A DNA stretch of 64,000 nt. Source: an uncultured Collinsella sp. Lineage in GTDB: Bacteria; Actinomycetota; Coriobacteriia; Coriobacteriales; Coriobacteriaceae. Where the stretch lies: NCBI GenBank assembly GCA_900545055.1, contig UQXP01000003.1, positions 11,335-75,334 on the forward strand, given 5' to 3'. This document shows positions 9,976-19,125 of this stretch, piece by piece. Position 1 is the first letter of the stretch, and every line of letters begins with the position of its first letter. A program made the translations under genes and the position numbers. Below the pieces are notes generated by a model. The model ran no database searches. It was not told the DNA's origin and saw only the letters and a program-made list of their open reading frames with translations.

Positions 9976-10776
9976 CTATTCCGAGCCCTCAGCCTGAGCA
10001 TTCACCCGCGCATAAGCGCGCACGATACGAGAGACGGTACTCTTGCTGATTCCCGTATACCGTTCGATCTCGCGCACCGTGTAGCCGCCATCGTGCAGGG
10101 CGAAAACGATTCCGTCTCGCCGCGAGGGTGCTACGGTCTTGAGTTCGTTGAGCGGCACACCCAGGCGCTTCGCCATCTTGTCGGCAAACGCACGCCGCTC
10201 CCACTCCGTCTCATCCATATCGTGAATCACCGGATCGGAACCATCGGGCATCGACAGAGAATAATCCAGAAACCCCTTGGCAGACTCAAAGAGCTCGAGA
10301 ACACAAGAAGGGTCCGAAAATCCCCTCGTCATATCGTTGTCATACGCTCGAAGATACTCGGCAAAGCTGCTCCAGGGATAACGCTCGATCAGGGCGATAC
10401 CCGCCTCCTGCGGATTAGCGTGAACATAGCGAATGGCAGCCATCAGATAACGGTCGGTATCGAGCGAGCGCCGGTCAAAACGGTTCTGGAACAGATGGCC
10501 CGTGCGCCCCGTGCGTTTATTGAACCGCCGCGCGTACGTCAAAAGCAGCCGGTGCATCGCCGCGCTCATCGCGTCCTCGTAATCTGCAAGCACCAAATGC
10601 ACGTGATTGCCCATAAGGCACCAGGCGACAACCGTCACGCCCGCCTCGCGGCAGCACTCGCGCATCAGCTCCAAAAACTCCCACCGGTCTTCATCGCCCT
10701 CAAAGATGAGCTGCTTGCCCGTACCGCGGGCACAGACATGGTAAAAGCCGGTAACCGTTCTCCAAACGCGCTGCAT
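9976..10776 (-). mobile_element. REP-associated Y1 tyrosine transposase (RAYT / IS200-like HUH) with C-terminal HTH
   Basis: YHVCARG..QLIF, HUH motif 'CLMGNHVHL', 'RTGHLFQNRF', catalytic Tyr in 'RYVHANP', 'YPWSS' and a C-terminal HTH (YTVREIERYTGISKSTVSR); no tnpB nearby. Confidence 0.9.
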
Positions 10777-11179
10777 GGCGCTCCCTTCGCCGGGATCTGA
10801 TTGCCATCCAATACAGCACGATTGAAGCGTGCCATCAAAACATTCACGCAAAACAATACACTCGCGCGGCCAAAGGCAGTAAACGGGCGGCGAACGGCAC
10901 CGTTGCAACAGGTCAGACCCCGCAACGCATACAAGAGCTGACCAAAAGCTTGCCCAAGACGAACCCCCTCTACGGAAGTTCGCGACCACAGAACATATAG
11001 TTAAACCGTTTCAATTAAAACTTCCGGACTTCTCGCTACGAAAACTGAGCCGTTCGCCGAATATTCCGTGCATTTCGCGGTATTATAGGGGCTGCATGTC
11101 ATGTCCCTTTCGAAGGGTCGCCCGGCAATCGCCAGCCACGACCCCCAGACGGGACGCCAACACGATAGAGAGGAGAGGC

Positions 11180-11914
11180 ATGCAGTACTCACAGGAAGTG
11201 GAGAACATGTGCCCCGTTGCCAAGGGTGCATACCACGGCCCCGCACCCATCCCCGAGGAGGGCAAGTGGGTCCAGGCTAAGGAGATTTCCGACATCTCCG
11301 GTCTTACGCACGGTGTGGGTTGGTGCGCACCTCAGCAGGGCGCCTGCAAGCTCACGCTGAACGTCAAGGACGGCATCATCGAGGAGGCCCTCGTTGAGAC
11401 CATCGGCTGCTCGGGCATGACCCACTCTGCCGCCATGGCTTCCGAGATCCTTCCCGGTAAGACCATCCTCGAGGCCCTCAACACCGACCTCGTCTGCGAC
11501 GCCATCAACGTTGCTATGCGCGAGATCTTCCTGCAGATCGTTTACGGCCGCAGCCAGACCGCGTTCTCCGAGGGCGGCTTGCCCGTGGGCGCCTCCCTCG
11601 ACGACCTCGGCAAGGGCCTTCGCTCTCAGGTCGGCACCATGTTCGGCACCAAGGCCAAGGGCGCTCGTTACCTCGAGCTCGCTCAGGGCTACGTCACCCG
11701 CATGGCTCTCAACGACAAGAACGAGATCATCGCATTCGAGTTCCTGAACCTCGGCAAGTTCACCGACGCCGTCAAGGCCGGCAAGACCCCCGAGGAGGCC
11801 ATCGCTGGCGCTATGGGCCACTATGGTCAGTGGGAGAACGCTGCCAAGTACATCGACCCGCGCACCGACGAGGAGACTCACTCCGTCGCCAGCGTGTTCC
11901 CGGTTCACGAGTAG
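11180..11914 (+). CDS. NifU/IscU-like iron-sulfur scaffold family protein (GGGtGRT partner)
   Basis: 'YSQEVENMCPVAKG', 'GWCAPQQGACKLTLNVK', 'GCSGMTHS', 'LVCDAIN'; strong SD; strongly biased codon usage. Confidence 0.8.
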   Translation: MQYSQEVENMCPVAKGAYHGPAPIPEEGKWVQAKEISDISGLTHGVGWCAPQQGACKLTLNVKDGIIEEALVETIGCSGMTHSAAMASEILPGKTILEALNTDLVCDAINVAMREIFLQIVYGRSQTAFSEGGLPVGASLDDLGKGLRSQVGTMFGTKAKGARYLELAQGYVTRMALNDKNEIIAFEFLNLGKFTDAVKAGKTPEEAIAGAMGHYGQWENAAKYIDPRTDEETHSVASVFPVHE

Positions 11915-11932
11915 AAAGGGAGGGAAATAACT

Positions 11933-12937
11933 ATGACTGTTACGTTCGAAGGTTACGAGCGCCGCGCTGACAAGATCAACAAGTGCCTCGCCGACAACGG
12001 CATCGCCTCCCTCGAGGAAGCTCTGCAGATCTGCACCGACAAGGGCTTCAACCCGCGTGAGATCGTCAACAACACCCAGTCCATCGCCTTCCAGAACGCC
12101 GAGTGGGCCTACACCCTCGGCTGCGCTCTCGCTGTCAAGCGTGGCGCCAAGACTGCTTCTGAGGCTGCCGCCATCATCGGCGAGGGCATCCAGGCCTTCA
12201 CCGTTCCCGGCTCCGTCGCCGAGGACCGCAAGGTCGGTCTGGGCCACGGCAACCTGGGCGCTATGCTGCTCTCCGACGACACCGAGTGCTTCGCCTTCCT
12301 GGCCGGCCACGAGTCCTTCGCTGCCGCTGAGGGTGCTATCGGCCTGGCTCTGAACGCCAACAAGGCTCGCAAGAAGCCGCTGCGCGTTATCCTGAACGGT
12401 CTGGGCAAGGACGCCGCCCAGATCATCGCCCGCATCAACGGCTTCACCTATGTGAAGACTCAGTTCGACTACTACACGGGCGAGCTCAAGGTCGTCGAGA
12501 CCATCCCCTACTCCGATGGTCCCCGCGCTGCCGTTAACTGCTACGGCTCCGACGACGTCCGCGAGGGCGTTGCCATCATGTGGCACGAGAACGTCGACAT
12601 CTCGATCACCGGCAACTCCACCAACCCCACGCGCTTCCAGCACCCCGTCGCTGGCACCTACAAGAAGGAGCGCCTCGAGGCTGGCAAGAAGTACTTCTCC
12701 GTCGCTTCTGGTGGCGGCACTGGCCGTACCCTGCACCCGGACAACATGGGCGCCGGCCCTGCCTCTTACGGCATGACCGACACCATGGGCCGTATGCACT
12801 CCGACGCCCAGTTCGCCGGTTCTTCCTCCGTGCCTGCGCACGTCGACATGATGGGTCTCATCGGCATGGGCAACAACCCCATGGTCGGTGCCACCGTCGC
12901 CTGCGCTGTCGCCGTCGAGGAGGCCCTCAAGGCCTAA
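11933..12937 (+). CDS. GGGtGRT family protein (unknown function)
   Basis: Contains the namesake SGGGTGRTLHPDN motif, plus GHESFAAAEGA and GNSTNPTRFQHPV. Confidence 0.93.
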   Translation: MTVTFEGYERRADKINKCLADNGIASLEEALQICTDKGFNPREIVNNTQSIAFQNAEWAYTLGCALAVKRGAKTASEAAAIIGEGIQAFTVPGSVAEDRKVGLGHGNLGAMLLSDDTECFAFLAGHESFAAAEGAIGLALNANKARKKPLRVILNGLGKDAAQIIARINGFTYVKTQFDYYTGELKVVETIPYSDGPRAAVNCYGSDDVREGVAIMWHENVDISITGNSTNPTRFQHPVAGTYKKERLEAGKKYFSVASGGGTGRTLHPDNMGAGPASYGMTDTMGRMHSDAQFAGSSSVPAHVDMMGLIGMGNNPMVGATVACAVAVEEALKA

Positions 12938-12971
12938 TCGCGCCCGCGCGATGCTCATATAGTTGAGCTTT

Positions 12972-13005
12972 AGAGCCGCTACCTTTCGAGGTAGCGGCTC
13001 TTTTT
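12972..13005 (+). terminator. Intrinsic terminator
   Basis: AGAGCCGCTACCT-TTCG-AGGTAGCGGCTCT followed by a T-tract. Confidence 0.9.
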
Positions 13006-13193
13006 GTTTGCGCTATCGCAGGGTAGCGAATGCCGATATATCAGTTGGGGCGAAATACGAGATGTGACGAGATGAAACGTCAGAGCGTCCATGACGCCCA
13101 CCTGTCATATGTGCCCTTTACCGATTTGCCGAGTCTTTGCGGCCCCATTACCGATCACCCGTGCGACAATGCGCCGGACGAGAAAGGAATCCG

Positions 13194-14720
13194 ATGGAAT
13201 CGACTGATGTACTGGTAATTGGATCTGGCATTGCGGGCCTTTGCGCCGCCATCGAAGCGGCGCGCACAGGTGCAACCGTCGCTGTGGCAAGCGCCGGCAA
13301 GACTATGAGTGGATCGAGTTTCTTCCCCGGAACCTGGGGCTTGGGGCTTATCGGACCCGTTAACGAAGACGACGAACAAGACCTCATCGACACCATCCAG
13401 ACCGTTGGTGGCGGCGTCGCCGACCCCGAGCTTGTCCAGACGTTTGTCCACGGCATTCCCCAGGCAATTGAATGGCTCGAGCAAGACCTGGGCGTTGAGC
13501 TCCAGCGTCCGCAAAGCGCTGAGAGCGCTCAGCAAAAGCAGTTTATCCCCTGCTTTGACCACAAGACGCGCATGTGGCGCGGCCTCACCCGCAAGCCCCT
13601 TGAGGACGCTCTGACGACCCGAATCGAGTCACTCGGCATTCGCCTGCTCCCCCGCCATGAGCTTATCGACCTTGTTGAGAACACGAACGGCAGAATCACC
13701 GGAACCGTGCTCTACGACCTTACCGAAAATCGAATCGTGCCCTTTGCTGCCAAGGCCACGATCATCGCAGCCGGTGGCACAGGCGGCCTGTTCGAGCGCA
13801 GCCTTACGTCGGCTGATGTGCTCAGCTCCTCGCAGGCCATCGCACTGGCGCACGGCGCATCGCTTACTAATATAGAATTCATGCAGATGATGCCCGGCTT
13901 CATCGAGCCCAAGCGCAACCTGGTCTTCAACGAGAAAACCTGGCGCTACGTACATGTAGACCAGCCGGTCGATATTGCCGACGGCAAGCTAAACGATCTG
14001 CTTGAGCAGCGCTCTGGATATGGTCCTTTCACCTCGCGCTTGGCCTCCCGCGCCATCGACCTCGTCATAGATCAGGCAGGTGCAGAGGGCCTGGCGCTCC
14101 ACTACGACTTCCCCCGCGAGGACATCCCCGAGTTTGTGCAGACCTTTGCCACCTGGCTGCAAGACGAGCACGGCATCGCGCCGACCGACGAGATGCGCGT
14201 GGCGATGTATGCCCACGCCGCCAACGGCGGTATCAAAATCGACAAGACCGCGTACGCAGGCGTTGAGGGCCTCTACGCCTGCGGTGAGGCAACAGGCGGC
14301 ATGCACGGCGCCGACCGCATCGGCGGCTTGTCGAGTGCCAATGGCATCGTGTTCGGGCGCATTGCGGGCGCATCGGCAGCCCAAGCAGCGCTGGACGCTC
14401 CTGAGGCGGCCGCACCGATGGATATCGCCCTCCCCCAGCATGGCATAGCTACAGCAGACGCCGAGCGCCTGACCCGCTGCCTCAAACGCACAATGAGTAC
14501 CTACTGCATGATCAACAGGACCGAAGCGGGTCTATCCAAGGCCCTGCAACAGCTTGAAAGCCTGCAAGACGACGCAACGGCGCTGAGCAAGCCACACGCC
14601 AATGACAGCGAAATCGCAGCCCTCGCCCGCCTGCAATCGCAGATTCAACTAGCACAGGAAATGGTCAAAGCCATGCGCAAGCGAACCGAAAGTCTCGGAT
14701 CGCACTATCGAGCGAATTAA
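13194..14720 (+). CDS. FAD-dependent oxidoreductase, L-aspartate oxidase/fumarate reductase flavoprotein family
   Basis: GSGIAG dinucleotide motif, IIAAGG, GLYACGE, HGADRIGG and C-terminal ESLGSHYR. Confidence 0.85.
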   Translation: MESTDVLVIGSGIAGLCAAIEAARTGATVAVASAGKTMSGSSFFPGTWGLGLIGPVNEDDEQDLIDTIQTVGGGVADPELVQTFVHGIPQAIEWLEQDLGVELQRPQSAESAQQKQFIPCFDHKTRMWRGLTRKPLEDALTTRIESLGIRLLPRHELIDLVENTNGRITGTVLYDLTENRIVPFAAKATIIAAGGTGGLFERSLTSADVLSSSQAIALAHGASLTNIEFMQMMPGFIEPKRNLVFNEKTWRYVHVDQPVDIADGKLNDLLEQRSGYGPFTSRLASRAIDLVIDQAGAEGLALHYDFPREDIPEFVQTFATWLQDEHGIAPTDEMRVAMYAHAANGGIKIDKTAYAGVEGLYACGEATGGMHGADRIGGLSSANGIVFGRIAGASAAQAALDAPEAAAPMDIALPQHGIATADAERLTRCLKRTMSTYCMINRTEAGLSKALQQLESLQDDATALSKPHANDSEIAALARLQSQIQLAQEMVKAMRKRTESLGSHYRAN

Positions 14721-14881
14721 ACTGGACACCTATCTAAAGCAAAACACAACTAATCGATATCTATGGGCCCCGTGAACTCGAAGTGGCACGGGGCCCATTC
14801 GTGTCCGCACGGCAGCGTATCCTAATTCTGAATACAGAGCGGGCAAAGCCCGCATAGACAATAGGCCAGCGAGGAGGAGAT

Positions 14882-15742
14882 ATGGACAGTAGAGATATCG
14901 AGAAGTGGCGTGTCAAACTTGATAGCTACGCCAATGTGGAAGACGGCGTTGAGTATTGGCTCGCACGCGATTTAATGGAACCCATGGGGTACACTCGATG
15001 GGAGAACTTTGCCGAAGTTGTTAAGAGGGCAAAAGTCTCGTGCGAAACAAACAAAACTCCAGTTGATTCCCATTTTCGTGACACCACGAAAATGGTAACT
15101 GCCGGTGTCGCCGCTCGTGCGGTTAAAGAATACAAACTTACGCGCTATGCATGCTATTTAATCGCCCAGAACGGAGATTCAAACAAGCAAGAAATCGCGC
15201 TCGCACAGGCGTACTTCGCCGTGCAGACGCGCCGCCAAGAGCTCATAGAGCAGCGCTTCGCAGAGATTCAGCGCTTGCAGGCGCGCCACTCGCTATCTGA
15301 TTCAGAGAAACAGCTCTCGGGTATTGCGTTCAAACGCGGCGTGGACTCCAAAGGTTTCGCGATCATCAAGTCGAAGGGCGATGAAGCGTTATTCGGCGGC
15401 AGAAGCACGGCGGAAATGAAGCAACAGCTCGGCGTATCCAAGAGCTCGGCATTGGCGGACAGGCTAGCCGATGTTCTCATCAAAGCAAAGGACCTTACGA
15501 ACTCGATGACGGCCTTCAACGCCGAGGAACACGACCTGTACGGTCTGGACCAGATCAAGCAAGAGCACGTCGAGAACAACACAAGCGTGCGTGGCAGCCT
15601 CATCGACCGCGGAATTGTACCCGAGAACCTGCCGCCTGCCGAGGATACAAAAAAGCTCGAGCGTCGCGTGAAGGCAGACGAGAAGAAACTCAAGGAAGGT
15701 ACTGACGGTTTTACCGATCCCCAGGGTAGACTCGATCTGTGA
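14882..15742 (+). CDS. dinD: DNA damage-inducible protein D (Bro-N domain)
   Basis: EYWLARDLM..GY.RWENF, LTRYACYLIAQNGD, AQAYFAVQTRRQE, GD.ALFGG and PENLPPAED motifs; lower GC than neighbours. Confidence 0.9.
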   Translation: MDSRDIEKWRVKLDSYANVEDGVEYWLARDLMEPMGYTRWENFAEVVKRAKVSCETNKTPVDSHFRDTTKMVTAGVAARAVKEYKLTRYACYLIAQNGDSNKQEIALAQAYFAVQTRRQELIEQRFAEIQRLQARHSLSDSEKQLSGIAFKRGVDSKGFAIIKSKGDEALFGGRSTAEMKQQLGVSKSSALADRLADVLIKAKDLTNSMTAFNAEEHDLYGLDQIKQEHVENNTSVRGSLIDRGIVPENLPPAEDTKKLERRVKADEKKLKEGTDGFTDPQGRLDL

Positions 15743-15748
15743 AAGCGG

Positions 15749-16021
15749 CCGCGCCCTTTCGGGTTCGACCACATGCGAGGTTAACAAAAAGCGACCAGCC
15801 TAAGCCAGCCGCTTTAACATGCTTTGGTGGGCCGTCAGGGGGTCAGCCTGCTGTGCAGGCGGCCGCTGCGGCGCTTCGCGCCTTGCGCGCTGCGCTGGCA
15901 AATGCTCGCGCATTTCCTCAGCTCCGCGCCCTTTCGGGTTCGACCTCATGAAAGGTCAACAAAAAAGACGGCCAACTTTCGCTGACCGTCTTAACAATCT
16001 TTGGTGGGCCGTCAGGGGGTC
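15749..16021. repeat. ~95-bp imperfect direct repeat (period 175-177 bp) including an exact 23-bp copy of the tRNA-Lys 3' end
   Basis: CTTTGGTGGGCCGTCAGGGGGTC at 15822-15844 and 15999-16021; CCGCGCCCTTTCGGGTTCGACC at 15749-15770 and 15924-15945; each copy has its own terminator-like hairpin. Confidence 0.9.
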
Positions 16022-16077
16022 GAACCCTGGACCTTGGGATTAAGAGTCCCCTGCTCTACCAACTGAGCTAACGACCC
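16002..16077 (-). tRNA. tRNA-Lys(CTT)
   Basis: Cloverleaf GGGTCGTTAGCTCAGTTGGTAGAGC...loop CTCTTAA...GGTTCGA...CCCACCA. Confidence 0.96.
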
Positions 16078-16099
16078 GATATCAACACGAAGCAAGAAC

Positions 16100-16177
16100 T
16101 GGGGTGGGTAAAGGGACTCGAACCCTCGACCTACGGGACCACAACCCGTCGCTCTAGCCAACTGAGCTACACCCACC
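16100..16177 (-). tRNA. tRNA-His(GTG)
   Basis: Cloverleaf with anticodon loop TTGTGGT, encoded G-1, C73 discriminator and CCA. Confidence 0.96.
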
Positions 16178-16342
16178 GTGTACTGTGCGCTTCGCGCTTG
16201 ACTATTATTGCAAGGAACGCCACGCGATGCAAGCCCCAATTTTCAAGAATTTTGAAAAGAGTTTTTCGGATCCATTTCGAGCATTTCCCACCGGTTTCAT
16301 AGGAGTAAACTTGCCCCACTGCAAATGCTCGAAAGGACAAGC

Positions 16343-17524
16343 ATGAAAGAACTCTCCAACCGTACGGCAACGTTTACCGATTCCGTCATCCGCCGCATGA
16401 CGCGCATCTCCAATAAGTATGGCGCCGTCAACCTGTCGCAGGGCTTCCCCGACTTCGATCCCCCGGCGCAGCTGCTCGATAGCCTGAGCGCCATCGCCAG
16501 CGACCCCAAGCCGCTCTACCACCAGTACTCCATCACCTGGGGCTCCCAGGCCATGCGTGAGGCGCTTGCCGCCAAGCAGGAGCACTTTATGGGCATGCCG
16601 ATCAACCCCAACGAGAATATCGTAGTCACCTGCGGCTCCACCGAGGCCATGATGGCCGCCATGATGACGGTCACCAACCCCGGCGACAAGGTCGTCATCT
16701 TCTCGCCGTTCTACGAGAACTACGGCGCCGACACGATCCTTTCGGGTGCCGAGCCCATCTACGTGCCGCTCAACCCGCCCACATTCGACTTTGACCGCGA
16801 GACTCTCGAGGCGGCCTTCCGCGACAACGACCCCAAGGCCATCGTCCTATGCAACCCTTCCAACCCCTGCGGCAAGGTCTTTACACGCGATGAGCTCGCC
16901 TTTATCGCCGACCTCTGCAAAAAGTACGACACCTACTGCATCACCGACGAGGTCTACGAGCACATCGTCTACGCGCCCCACGAGCACGTGTACATGGCCA
17001 CGCTGCCCGGCATGTTTGAGCGCACCATCAGCTGCAGCTCGCTGTCCAAGACCTACTCCATCACCGGCTGGCGCCTAGGCTACACCATCGCTCCCGCCGA
17101 AATCACCGAGCGCATCAAGAAGGTCCACGACTTCCTCACCGTAGGCGCCGCCGCCCCCCTGCAAGAGGCCGTCGTCACCGCCCTCAATTTCGACGATAGC
17201 TATTACCGGGAGGTCCTTGACCTCTATACCGCCAAACGCGACCTGTTCTGCCAGGGACTCGACAGTATCGGTCTCACGCACAACGTGCCGCAGGGCGCCT
17301 ACTACGTCATGATGGACATCTCTGAGTTTGGCTATGACAGCGACCTCGAATTCTGCGAGGACCTCGCGTCTAAGGTGGGTGTGGGCGCCGTGCCCGGCTC
17401 GAGCTTCTTCCGCGAGCCCGTCAACCATCTGATTCGTTTCCACTTTGCCAAGCGAGACGAGACGCTTAACGCGGCACTGGAGAACCTCAAGTCGCTACGT
17501 GATAAAATCAAGCCGCGCGGGTAA
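16343..17524 (+). CDS. PLP-dependent aminotransferase class I/II
   Basis: NLSQGFPDF, NPSNPCGK, DEVYEH and SLSKTYSITGWRLGY motifs. Confidence 0.93.
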   Translation: MKELSNRTATFTDSVIRRMTRISNKYGAVNLSQGFPDFDPPAQLLDSLSAIASDPKPLYHQYSITWGSQAMREALAAKQEHFMGMPINPNENIVVTCGSTEAMMAAMMTVTNPGDKVVIFSPFYENYGADTILSGAEPIYVPLNPPTFDFDRETLEAAFRDNDPKAIVLCNPSNPCGKVFTRDELAFIADLCKKYDTYCITDEVYEHIVYAPHEHVYMATLPGMFERTISCSSLSKTYSITGWRLGYTIAPAEITERIKKVHDFLTVGAAAPLQEAVVTALNFDDSYYREVLDLYTAKRDLFCQGLDSIGLTHNVPQGAYYVMMDISEFGYDSDLEFCEDLASKVGVGAVPGSSFFREPVNHLIRFHFAKRDETLNAALENLKSLRDKIKPRG

Positions 17525-17550
17525 GGACGGCCCGGCAACTAAAGCAACCA

Positions 17551-17590
17551 AAGAAGCCTCGCACCGCCCGCCGCGTTGCGAGGCTTCTTT
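17551..17590 (+). terminator. Intrinsic terminator
   Basis: AAGAAGCCTCGCA...TGCGAGGCTTCTTT hairpin. Confidence 0.7.
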
Positions 17591-17663
17591 CTATAGCGCT
17601 TTCTTAAATGGTTTAGAGCTCTATACTTTAGTCACGGAGCAACTCGTCCCAGAGAGGAATACT

Positions 17664-18554
17664 ATGGCAGAACAGCAGCTTATCGGAGCGCTCGAGGCCG
17701 GCGGCACCAAGATGGTCTGCGCCACGGGCTATGCAGACGGTACGGTCCTGGAGCGCGAGCAGATTGCGACCACGACCCCGCAGGAGACCGTTGAGGCCGT
17801 CAACGCATGGTTTGCCGACAAGGGCATCGCCGCGCTGGGCATCGGCGCATTTGGCCCCACCGCAGTCAACCCCGCCTCGCCCCAGTACGGCAAGATCCTG
17901 GAGACGCCCAAGACGGCATGGCGTTACTTTGACCTGCTGGGCACCATTCAAAACGAGCTCAATATCCCCTGCGGCTACGATACCGACGTCAACGTCGCCT
18001 GCCTGGGCGAGGTCACGTTTGGTTGCGCCAAGGGCCTCACCGACGTGGTCTACCTGACCATCGGTACCGGCGTGGGCGCCGGCGTGCTCTCGGGCGGTAA
18101 GCTCGTGCACGGCATGATGCATCCCGAGGCCGGCCACATCCTGGTCACGCGTGACCCGCGCGACACCATCGGCGAGCATAGCGCCTGTCCCTTCCACGAC
18201 AACTGCCTCGAGGGCCTCATCGCCGGCCCCGGCGTTAAAAAGCGCTGGGATGGCAAGAGCGCCGGAGACATGGCCGATGACCCGGAGGCCATGGACCTGC
18301 TCGCCGGCTATCTGGCACAGGCGCTCATGACCTACACGCTGTGCTACGCACCGCAAAAGATTATCATCGGCGGCGGCGTGGCCGACCACACCCCCATCGT
18401 GCCGCTCGCACGCAAAAAGTGCGCCGAAATGCTCAACGGCTACATCGTCACGCCCGAGGTCAACGACATCGATACCTACATTGTCAACAACAGCCTCGAG
18501 GGCAAGCAGGGCATCATGGGCTGCCTGGCCCTGGGCGCACAGGCGCTTCAGTAG
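17664..18554 (+). CDS. ROK-family sugar kinase (fructokinase-like)
   Basis: EAGGTK, TPK.AW, TDVN, TIGTGVG, HPEAGH and CPFHDNCLEG motifs. Confidence 0.92.
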   Translation: MAEQQLIGALEAGGTKMVCATGYADGTVLEREQIATTTPQETVEAVNAWFADKGIAALGIGAFGPTAVNPASPQYGKILETPKTAWRYFDLLGTIQNELNIPCGYDTDVNVACLGEVTFGCAKGLTDVVYLTIGTGVGAGVLSGGKLVHGMMHPEAGHILVTRDPRDTIGEHSACPFHDNCLEGLIAGPGVKKRWDGKSAGDMADDPEAMDLLAGYLAQALMTYTLCYAPQKIIIGGGVADHTPIVPLARKKCAEMLNGYIVTPEVNDIDTYIVNNSLEGKQGIMGCLALGAQALQ

Positions 18555-18636
18555 CAGACGCACCCACAGGGCGTGGCGCGCTCGGCAAATCTAACCTACG
18601 GAACGACGCCACCACGCCCCATATAAGCCCTCAAAT

Positions 18637-18683
18637 AAAAAAGGCCGCCTAGGACCAAACAATACGTCCTAGGCGGCTTTTTT
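18637..18683. terminator. Bidirectional terminator overlapping the vanZ-like stop
   Basis: A-tract-GCCGCCTAGGAC...GTCCTAGGCGGC-T-tract between convergent genes. Confidence 0.8.
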
Positions 18684-19118
18684 GGCGTGCATCAGCGACC
18701 GTAAGAGATATCGGAGCACAACGCCCGTTGCCGCTCCACAGCAGTCGATCATCACATCGGTGATCATGCCGGCGCGTCCCGGCACAAAGAGCTGAATCGT
18801 CTCGTCGATCGAGGGAATCAGCAGCAGGAACACCGCCGTGGGCAGCAGCACGTCAAAGGTGCGCCGGCCCTCAAGATCAAAGGCGTGCGTTGCCAGGATG
18901 CCGAGCACCATATACTCGGTAAAATGCGCGCACTTGCGAACAACAAAGTTGGTCACCCATTCATATGGAAGTCCCACGCCGTGCAGGAAACCGCGGATAG
19001 CTTCCATGACCGTCAGGCTCAGCGAGCCCGACCCCGAGCCGGGAACCAGCGAATTGCCCCAGATCAAGAGCGCCATCAGGCAGGTTACAACCGCCCATTT
19101 TCGATTGATCTTAACCAT
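18669..19118 (-). CDS. VanZ-family membrane protein
   Basis: VRKCAHFTEY and DETIQLFVPGR..DV.ID motifs; hydrophobic. Confidence 0.88.
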   Translation of the reverse strand: MVKINRKWAVVTCLMALLIWGNSLVPGSGSGSLSLTVMEAIRGFLHGVGLPYEWVTNFVVRKCAHFTEYMVLGILATHAFDLEGRRTFDVLLPTAVFLLLIPSIDETIQLFVPGRAGMITDVMIDCCGAATGVVLRYLLRSLMHAKKAA

Positions 19119-19125
19119 GCAGAAG

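Noticed and set aside
11115..11146. Minus-strand GGGTCGTGGCTGGCG...GCGACCC resembling a ZTP riboswitch
   Set aside because: No downstream CGCC-TGGGC pseudoknot partner, and the orientation is wrong for the adjacent operon; probably a 5' UTR hairpin.
14882..16021. Intact prophage or ICE at tRNA-Lys
   Set aside because: No integrase, phage or conjugation genes; the att-like repeats enclose only about 150 bp.
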